A stretch of 64,000 nucleotides of DNA from contig JAWLHJ010000004.1 in NCBI GenBank assembly GCA_041690395.1, positions 64,001 to 128,000 of the forward strand. The letters run 5' to 3'. Source of the DNA: Longimicrobiales bacterium (GTDB taxonomy: Bacteria > Gemmatimonadota > Gemmatimonadetes > Longimicrobiales > Gaopeijiaceae). The notes beneath the pieces are model-generated. The model was not told where the DNA came from, did not search any database, and worked only from the letters and a program-made list of their open reading frames with translations. Position numbers and translations under genes: made by a program. The first letter of the stretch is position 1. The number at the start of each line of letters is the position of its first letter. Positions 57,218-64,000 of this stretch are shown here, piece after piece.

Positions 57218-58681
57218 CTACGCGACCGGGACCGACTCCGCGCGAGCGGCCTCTTCCAGGAGCGTCCAGGCCCGGTCGACGTGCTCGGCGTGGGTCCGGA
57301 TGTTTCCCACGGACAGCCTGAGCGCGACGCGCCCGCCGACCGCGGTGTGGGTCAGGAAGACCTCGCCGGTCGCGTTCACGCGGTCGAGGATCCGGTGGTT
57401 GAGGGCATCGACCGCCGAGGCATCCAGTCCCGGCACCACCCGCCTGAACGCGACCGTCGCGAGCGGCACGGGCGCCACGAGCGCCCACCCCTCGGTGGCG
57501 TCCACGCGCTCGGCGAATCCCCGGGCCAGGGCGACGTGCTCCCGTAGCCGGGCCACGATCCCTTCCCGTCCGAAGGCGCGCATGACGAGCCAGAGCTTCA
57601 GGGAGCGGAAGCGCCGGCCCAGGGCGACCCCGTAGTCCATCAGGTTGCGGACCTCGTCGACGTTGCCGGACCGGAGGTACTCGGGCACGATGCTGAACGC
57701 CCGCACCAGGTCGTCGGGACGCCTGCAGTACAGGAGCGAGCAGTCGACCGGCGTGAACAGCCATTTGTGGGGGTTCACCACGACCGAGTCCGCGCGCTCC
57801 CAGCCCGCGAAGAGCGGCCGGAGCTCCGGCACCATCGCCGCCGGACCACCGTAGGCCGCATCGACGTGCAGCCAGAGCCCGAACTCCTCGGCCACGTCCG
57901 CGATGCGCGCGACCGGGTCGATGGACGACGTGGAGGTCGTTCCCAGCGTCGCGACCACCGCGACGGGCCGGATCCCGGCGTCCAGGTCCCGACGGACGGC
58001 GTCACGGAACGCGTCGGCGTCCATCCGGTAGGCGTCGTCGGTCGGCACCGTGCTGAAGCCATCGCGCCCGAAGCCGAGCGTCACGACCGCCTTCTCGACG
58101 GACGAGTGGGCCTGTTCCGAGGCGTAGATCCGGCCTCGCGGGGCACCGAACAGGCCCCCGGTCCGCACCTCCGGGTAAGCCACCTCCCGAGCCGCAGCCA
58201 GCGCGTGCAGCGTGGACGACGACGCGGTGTCGTTGATCACGCCGTCGAAGGCCGGCGGCAGCCCGAGCCACCGCCGCAGCCAGTCCGCGACGACCTCCTC
58301 GAGCTCGGTGGCCGCCGGGGAACTTCGCCACACCATGGCGTTCACGTTGAGCGCCGCGGTGATCATCTCGCCGAGGATGCCGGGGCCGGATCCGGAGATC
58401 GAGAAGTAGCCGAAGAATCCCGGGTGATTCCAGTGCGTGATCCCGGGGAGCACGATCTCGCGGAAATCGCTCAGGGCGTCGTCCAGGCTCTCGGCCCGCT
58501 CGGGGCCCTCACGTGGCAAACCCGCCCGCACCTCACCCGGCTCGACCGAAGGAAGCACCGGAAGGTCACCGACGCCGTCCAGATAGTCCGCGATCCAATC
58601 GACGACGTCGCGACCGAGCCTGCGAAGCTCCTCTGGGGGCAGGTCGCCGGAGTCGATGGGGCGCCCCGGATTCCGGGTCAG
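57218..58681 (-). CDS. Group II PLP-dependent decarboxylase (aromatic L-amino acid decarboxylase-like)
   Basis: PGITHWNHP, SPAATELE, AHSSVEK, HVDAAYGG, NPHKW (PLP Lys), PEYL, LGRRFRSLKLW. The conserved N-helix EELRRLGRDVVDWIADYL lies upstream of the ORF-track start (58558); CTG at 58681 is proposed. Confidence 0.9.
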   Translation of the reverse strand: MTRNPGRPIDSGDLPPEELRRLGRDVVDWIADYLDGVGDLPVLPSVEPGEVRAGLPREGPERAESLDDALSDFREIVLPGITHWNHPGFFGYFSISGSGPGILGEMITAALNVNAMVWRSSPAATELEEVVADWLRRWLGLPPAFDGVINDTASSSTLHALAAAREVAYPEVRTGGLFGAPRGRIYASEQAHSSVEKAVVTLGFGRDGFSTVPTDDAYRMDADAFRDAVRRDLDAGIRPVAVVATLGTTSTSSIDPVARIADVAEEFGLWLHVDAAYGGPAAMVPELRPLFAGWERADSVVVNPHKWLFTPVDCSLLYCRRPDDLVRAFSIVPEYLRSGNVDEVRNLMDYGVALGRRFRSLKLWLVMRAFGREGIVARLREHVALARGFAERVDATEGWALVAPVPLATVAFRRVVPGLDASAVDALNHRILDRVNATGEVFLTHTAVGGRVALRLSVGNIRTHAEHVDRAWTLLEEAARAESVPVA

Positions 58682-59313
58682 CCTACGAACTCCGCCGCGC
58701 GGGCGTAGCCGACCGCCTCTTCCAACTCGTCCGCCATCGTTCGAAGCTGGGCCCGGACCTCCTCGGCCAACTCCTCTCCGACCCGGCCGGAGAGGCCCTC
58801 TCCCTCGAAGAACTGGAAGAAGAGCGCGTCGGTATGACCGACGCTGGCGTGCGTGACACCTCGGTCGATGCCGCGGTTGAGCCGCAGGATCTCCCGCAGC
58901 GAGAGGGGGAGGCGTCCACCGAGCGGCGGGTCACGATAGAGATCCCGGATGACGAGCTCCCGCAGCAGCTGGAACTCCTCGATCACCTCGCCGGCGGCCA
59001 GGCCACGGCGGGCGGCAACGGAGCCGAAGAACTCGGACGCGCGCAGCCAGAGCGGCTCGACCGAATCCCGGTACGGGCCGAGCATCCAGGGGAGAAACCG
59101 GACCAGGTGGTGGGTGAAGGCGTCGAGCGCGTCGTCCATCGGCCCCGACGGCCCGGGCCCCTGCTCCCGTATGGCGACACTCCAACGCTCGGCGAGGGAG
59201 TCGAGACGCCGGTCGAGCCACTCCGCGAGATCCCCGGGCGCCAAGCGGCCGCGGGATCGGGATTCCAAGGGGTTCAGGGTCGAGAGCTCTTCCGTCGGCG
59301 TCGAGTGGGGCAT
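58678..59313 (-). CDS. Hypothetical all-helical protein, RsbRD_N / globin-like
   Basis: LAEWL....DSLAERW...FGSVAARRGLAAGEVIEEFQLLRELV pattern. Start at ATG 59313 or GTG 59382. Confidence 0.6.
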   Translation of the reverse strand: MPHSTPTEELSTLNPLESRSRGRLAPGDLAEWLDRRLDSLAERWSVAIREQGPGPSGPMDDALDAFTHHLVRFLPWMLGPYRDSVEPLWLRASEFFGSVAARRGLAAGEVIEEFQLLRELVIRDLYRDPPLGGRLPLSLREILRLNRGIDRGVTHASVGHTDALFFQFFEGEGLSGRVGEELAEEVRAQLRTMADELEEAVGYARAAEFVG

Positions 59314-59432
59314 GGCGTCAACCGGTCCGGGCGAGGGCCGACCCCCGCCCACCGGGAGCCGGTCACCGATGAAGATGTCCACGATGCATCAACCGGGCCA
59401 CCCGTGCCCCGGTCCGTCGCGCCGGTGCACAC

Positions 59433-62400
59433 TCATGTGTCGGCGACGCCGTCGTCCGTCCACGGAACCAGGTGGATCCGCATGGTCGTGCCCACTCCTT
59501 CCCGGCTCGTCACGGTGATCTCCCCACCCCAGCTCGCGACCAGCCGCCGCACGATCGCCAGCCCGAGTCCGGAGCCGGTGGAGCGAGTGCTGAACTGCGG
59601 CTCGAAGATCCGGGGCAGCACCTCGTCGGGGATGCCCGATCCTTCGTCGGCGACCTCGAGCACGACTCCCGCTTCCGAACGCTTGGCCCGGACCTCGACC
59701 GTCCCGCCCTGCGCGCTCGCGAGCCGCGCGTTCTCGAGCAGGTTGACGAGGACTTCCTTCAGCTCGGGCGTGCGCGCCACGACGGGAGGAAGATCGGGCT
59801 CCACGTCGTGCGTGAAGGCGACGGAGGCCACGGTCCCCCCGTACAGCGCCATCACATCGCCGACCGCCTGTTGGAGAATGACGGGCTCGAGGGGCACGCC
59901 GGCGTCGGCCGGCGCCCCGAAACGCGAGAAGCTCTGCGCGATGGTTGCGAGGCGGTCGATTTCCCGGAGCATCGCGTCGGCGTTCCGGAGCAGGATCTCC
60001 TCGAAGTCGGGCCGGCCGTCTTCCCACGCGCGCCGCACGTGCTGGACGCTGAGCTTGATGGGGGTCAGCGGATTCTTCACCTCGTGAGCGACCTGACGGG
60101 CCATCTCGCCCCAGGCGATGACCCGCTCCGCCCGAAGCTCGTCCGTGACGTCGTCCATCGCCACGACCGCACCCCGTTTGGAGTCGCGTCGCCCGAGCCG
60201 TCTCGCGCGGACCCGAATACGGCGGTCCCCCGCCTGGAACTCGTGATCGGCCCGCTCGGCCCCACGCTCCAGGTACTCCCGGAGCCACACACCCAGATCC
60301 TCGGCCAGGGGATCGTCCGCGGCGAGCGCCTCGCCCGGCACGACGGCCGCCCCCAGGAGCTCGCTCGCCCGCGGGTTCACCAGCGTGATTCGTGCGGAAT
60401 CGTCCACCGCGAGCATCCCGACGGCGGCCTCGTCCATGATCAGCTGCGTGCGGCGCGACGTGCGGACCAGCTCGCGTCGCGCCTGTCGTACGCGCGCCAC
60501 CATTCTGTTGAACGCCCGAAACACGGCCCCGAACTCGTCGACACGGTCCTCCGGAAGCCGGAGGCCGAGATTTCCGGACCCCACGCGCTCGGACGCGACC
60601 TGGAGCGCCTGGATCGGCCGCGTCAGCGCGCGTCCGGCCAGCATGGCGAGCCCCAGTGAGAGCGCGGCCCCGAGGACGACGAAGAACCCGAGGAGCTCGA
60701 GCAGATCGGCCGCCTGGATGGCGGCGGTGCCCGCCTGGAGCGGCACCTGGGCCGCCATGATATCCCCATCGGGCAGGCGGCGGAACGCCGTCACGTACTC
60801 CCAGCGACCGAGGTCGGTGCGCGTGAAGCGCTTCAGCCCCTCCAGCCGACGGATGTCCTCGTGTACTTCGTACGGCGTCCAGGCATCGTAGAGGCCGAGC
60901 TCGACGAGCTCCTCCACCGAACCCTCGGCGAGCTCCCCGGAGCGGTAGACCACGAGATCGGCCCCGACCTGGCGGCCGAGACGGTCCATGCCCCCGGCCA
61001 GGGCACGATACCAGACGGCCGCGTCGTCCACGACCCGCTCCGCGATCACCTCCGCGGAACGGACCGAAGCCTGCGACACCGTCCGGTACGCCACGGTCCC
61101 GAAGAGGGCGTTCGCGAGCGCGAAGAACCCGAACAACGCCCACGTGACACGCGCCCGGAACGAGATCGCAGCCACCCTGAGCCGGCCGGCGGATGCGCCG
61201 TCACGGTCGCGGAGGCCCGTGCCGAGTAGCCAGAACAGCCCGACCAGCAGGCCGTTCAGCACCACGAGCAGGGTCGCCCGCGCCACGGCCTGTAGGGGCA
61301 TCGGCAGCGACAGCGTGTAGTGTGCGTGGTACGCCCTGTCGTTCGCGAACAGGACGCCGCGCTCCGCACGCCACTCCGTCCCGTCACGCACCCACCGGAG
61401 TGGCTCCTCGGCGCGTCCTGCCCGCCGCTCGGCGGGGAGCAGCGGAATGAAGGCCATCGCCTCAGCGGGCGCACGGGCCCCGGCCCGGACGAACGGGTCC
61501 AGCGTCGACGGGCGCTGCCGCTCGGAGAACGGCGGCGCCACCGCGGACAGCACCCCGCCGTCGGACATGGGCACGGTGAGGACATAGCGCGCGTCGTCCC
61601 GGTCGAGCCGGAGTAGCCTGGCCTCGGAAGTCTCGCGTTGCTCGGCCAGGAGGGTCGGAAGGACGCCGGGCAGGTTCCCTTCGGCGCCGACGCGGAGCTC
61701 GACGCCCCGATACCCCGAGGGGTCCCAGCGCGTGAGGCGCACGGGTCGCCCCTCGCCCGCCAGCCCGCTCGCTCGCCACGCGTGATAGAGGACGTCGACG
61801 CTCTCGCGCCCCACCGCGTCCAGGGAGTCGGCGGCGACCGCCATCCGCTGCAGCCCCTCGACCAACACCGGATCCTCCCGCGAAGCCAGCCCCTCGAGAC
61901 GATCCTCGGCGAGAGCCATCTCCGCCCGGATCCCCAGGCTCCAGATCGCTGGAATCGTCGCGCTCCCCGCCAGTGTCACCGCCAGCGCTCCGGTGGCGAG
62001 CGTCCCCCTCCATCCACGGAACACCCGGAGGCCCGCGGGAGCCATCCAGGCGGGCACCCCCCAGAGGAGCCACCACCACGACGGGACGCGTCCGCTCGAC
62101 CAGACCCAGACCGCCGCGCACCCTCCGAGCACGAGCGCCAGGGCCGCACTCCCGACCGCCTTCCACGACGAGCTCCGCGTACTTCCCGCGACGCTGAACA
62201 GCGTGAGCGTGACGAGGGTCAGGAGCGTGGCCACGCCCACCTCGATCGTGACCCACTCGAGCCGGCCGGCCTCACGGGACATCGGGAGGATACGCTCGGC
62301 GAGCCAGCCGAGGCCGAGCGCATAAACCAGCGCGACGGCAATGGCGACCCATTCGGCACGGACGCGGAGGAGCGGCCGAGGCGAGACCCCCAGAAGGCTC

Positions 62401-63437
62401 ATCAGAGCCAACGAGACGAGGACCCAGCGGGCAAGCCCCCCTTCCACCCAGGCGACGAGCTCCTCGCTCCCTCCGAGCAGGGCTCCGGAGGCCGCGAGGG
62501 CTCCGTGCGGAAGCAGGCCCGCGATCAGTAGCAGGGACCCGGCACCCACGACACCGACCGACCTGGGCCCGGGGCAACCCACGGCCAGGAGCCCCCACGC
62601 GAGCAGGACGAGCACCGCCACCCGCATCCGCCAGCGCGCCATGACCTCGTCGGCCCGAGCCTCCGGCGATGGGCGCTCCACGACGACGCTCATGAGTCGC
62701 CGGTCAGGAAGCGCGAGATCCCATACTCCTTCGCGGACGCCCGGATCGTACTGGGTGACCCGCACACGCTCACCCAGATCGGCGAAGAAACGGTTCGAGA
62801 AGTCCTCTACACCCGCCTCGATCACGTCGGGGAGATCCGCGCGCAGGAGATCCGCCGCGATCGCGACGCGGCCGTCCTCCGTGAGGGCGGTCACGTACAG
62901 ATAGCCGAACAGGGGCCGGTCGTAGTACGTGTGACGCAGGAATCCGCCCTGCACGCTCTCGGGCACCTTGCCCCAGTGCGCGCCGTCCCAGAGGTTCACC
63001 CGTCCCTCGGCGTCGTACAGCGCCAGGGCCGAGACGCCGTGCCGATTCCTCAGATCGCGAACGAACGCCCGATCCACCTGATCGGTGGGGTCCACCGCCT
63101 TCTCCGCCAGTGCGTCGGCGGCGGCCTCGGCCGCGATCTGTCGGCGCTCGAGGCGTTGGGCCAGGATCTCCCCGACTTCGGCCTCACGCTCGGTCCAGTA
63201 CGCGTCCCAATCCGACAGGAGCCCGGCGACACGGTGATGCGCGACGAACGCGAGAACGACCGACAGCACCAGCACCGCGACCCCGCCATGCCAGGGGAAG
63301 CGTCCGCTACGTATGCCGAGCGCCGACGTCGCGACCGCGGCGGCGGCCAGCACGAGAATCCAGACGCTCGGCGAAGCGACCCAGACCGCGAGCGCGCCGG
63401 CGGCGAGCCACGGCGCCAGGAGGGGGAGAAGGGACAT
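59433..63437 (-). CDS. Very large multi-TM sensor histidine kinase (NtrY-like HAMP-PAS-HisKA-HATPase)
   Basis: HAMP TRPI...DEFGAVFRAFNRM, PAS-like segment, AWGEMARQVAHEVKNPLTPI, NLLENA, DEGSGI, GSGLGLAI; many hydrophobic segments upstream. Confidence 0.9.
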   Translation of the reverse strand: MSLLPLLAPWLAAGALAVWVASPSVWILVLAAAAVATSALGIRSGRFPWHGGVAVLVLSVVLAFVAHHRVAGLLSDWDAYWTEREAEVGEILAQRLERRQIAAEAAADALAEKAVDPTDQVDRAFVRDLRNRHGVSALALYDAEGRVNLWDGAHWGKVPESVQGGFLRHTYYDRPLFGYLYVTALTEDGRVAIAADLLRADLPDVIEAGVEDFSNRFFADLGERVRVTQYDPGVREGVWDLALPDRRLMSVVVERPSPEARADEVMARWRMRVAVLVLLAWGLLAVGCPGPRSVGVVGAGSLLLIAGLLPHGALAASGALLGGSEELVAWVEGGLARWVLVSLALMSLLGVSPRPLLRVRAEWVAIAVALVYALGLGWLAERILPMSREAGRLEWVTIEVGVATLLTLVTLTLFSVAGSTRSSSWKAVGSAALALVLGGCAAVWVWSSGRVPSWWWLLWGVPAWMAPAGLRVFRGWRGTLATGALAVTLAGSATIPAIWSLGIRAEMALAEDRLEGLASREDPVLVEGLQRMAVAADSLDAVGRESVDVLYHAWRASGLAGEGRPVRLTRWDPSGYRGVELRVGAEGNLPGVLPTLLAEQRETSEARLLRLDRDDARYVLTVPMSDGGVLSAVAPPFSERQRPSTLDPFVRAGARAPAEAMAFIPLLPAERRAGRAEEPLRWVRDGTEWRAERGVLFANDRAYHAHYTLSLPMPLQAVARATLLVVLNGLLVGLFWLLGTGLRDRDGASAGRLRVAAISFRARVTWALFGFFALANALFGTVAYRTVSQASVRSAEVIAERVVDDAAVWYRALAGGMDRLGRQVGADLVVYRSGELAEGSVEELVELGLYDAWTPYEVHEDIRRLEGLKRFTRTDLGRWEYVTAFRRLPDGDIMAAQVPLQAGTAAIQAADLLELLGFFVVLGAALSLGLAMLAGRALTRPIQALQVASERVGSGNLGLRLPEDRVDEFGAVFRAFNRMVARVRQARRELVRTSRRTQLIMDEAAVGMLAVDDSARITLVNPRASELLGAAVVPGEALAADDPLAEDLGVWLREYLERGAERADHEFQAGDRRIRVRARRLGRRDSKRGAVVAMDDVTDELRAERVIAWGEMARQVAHEVKNPLTPIKLSVQHVRRAWEDGRPDFEEILLRNADAMLREIDRLATIAQSFSRFGAPADAGVPLEPVILQQAVGDVMALYGGTVASVAFTHDVEPDLPPVVARTPELKEVLVNLLENARLASAQGGTVEVRAKRSEAGVVLEVADEGSGIPDEVLPRIFEPQFSTRSTGSGLGLAIVRRLVASWGGEITVTSREGVGTTMRIHLVPWTDDGVADT

Positions 63438-63451
63438 CACGCCCGGCGCGG

Positions 63452-64000
63452 ATGGGCGACGTGACGGGCCGGAGCTGGGCGCTCGACGAGCTCGCCTGGA
63501 CCGACGTGCGGGAACGGCTGGATCGGGACCCACGCCTCATCGTGCCCATCGGCGCGCTCGAGCAGCATGGACCTCACCTCCCGTTGGGAACCAACCTGCA
63601 CATCGCGAATCACGTGGCACGCGCCGTGTCCGAGCGACTCGGCGTGCTGCTCGCTCCGCCGTTCTCCTACGGAGCGACCAACGGCGGGGGTCCCTACCCC
63701 GGATCCGCGGGCGTGCGGAGAAAGACCCTGCACCGCGCGGTGAACGAGCTGCTGGCGCAGTGGGAGGACGACGGGTTTCGCACCTTTCTCATCGTCACGG
63801 CGCAACGGTACGAACCGCATCTGGAGGCCCTCCTCATGGCGCTGACCGGAAGCGCGGTGAGCTCGATCTACGACCTGTACCAAGTCGACGTGTCGGACCT
63901 CCTCGAGGGCGACCCGCGCCAGGAGCACGCCGGAGAGATGGAAACGTCGCTCATGCTGCACCTGGCACCGACGCTCGTCCACCGGGACCGGTTCGCGGAC
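63452..64000 (+). CDS. Creatininase family protein; partial, runs off window
   Basis: Not in ORF track. Manual translation: LAWTDV...IVPIGALEQHGPHLPLGTN...PPFSYG...YPGS...HAGEMETSLMLHLAP. Confidence 0.88.
   Translation, partial: MGDVTGRSWALDELAWTDVRERLDRDPRLIVPIGALEQHGPHLPLGTNLHIANHVARAVSERLGVLLAPPFSYGATNGGGPYPGSAGVRRKTLHRAVNELLAQWEDDGFRTFLIVTAQRYEPHLEALLMALTGSAVSSIYDLYQVDVSDLLEGDPRQEHAGEMETSLMLHLAPTLVHRDRFAD

Noticed and set aside
1..64000. tRNA/rRNA/tmRNA, IS elements, integrases, prophage, CRISPR, defence systems
   Set aside because: No such motifs seen by eye; intergenic gaps are short and explained by promoters or hairpins; no low-GC island. An Infernal/tRNAscan run would be the formal check.

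Overview
High-GC bacterial chromosome segment, gene-dense and mostly on the minus strand, with many 1-4 nt stop/start overlaps. It is almost entirely core housekeeping. Gene content and protein types point to the FCB supergroup, most likely Gemmatimonadota (inference, not a database result): archaeal-type ProRS, short EF-Ts, a region-1.1-less Bacteroidota-like sigma70, fused rplM-rpsI-rpsB-tsf, and a GlmU-like NTP_transf_4 protein. Minus-strand blocks, in transcription order: mreBCD-mrdA-rodA-accD-folC then hisS-hyp-proS-guaA; rimP-nusA-L7Ae-infB-DUF503-rbfA-truB-ribF then rpsO-pnp-M16 peptidase-ald-dut; murA-phasin-like; lipoprotein-serS-HK-pcrA-gatCAB; lepB-sigma70 then rplM-rpsI-rpsB-tsf-pyrH-frr-cdsA-dxr-rseP; comM then thpR-NtrC-type regulator; giant NtrY-like kinase-RsbRD_N-like protein-group II PLP decarboxylase. 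Plus-strand genes: DUF948-like and Zn-PLC-like; receiver-GlmU-like-MBL hydrolase; matrixin; three-gene transhydrogenase; partial creatininase-like gene. I found no tRNA/rRNA, CRISPR, transposase, integrase or defence genes. The best candidate for an undescribed system is the right-end cluster (57.2-64 kb): a ~1335-aa multi-TM kinase, a stand-alone RsbRD_N/globin-like protein, an aromatic amino acid decarboxylase that appears to need a CTG start, and a head-to-head creatininase homologue with altered metal ligands. Other notable items are a Cys-to-Asp MurA, a structured rpsO leader with an 18-bp perfect palindrome, a HmuY-like lipoprotein and several readable promoters and attenuators. All product calls come from motif recognition by eye. 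Start codons were hand-adjusted from the ORF track.
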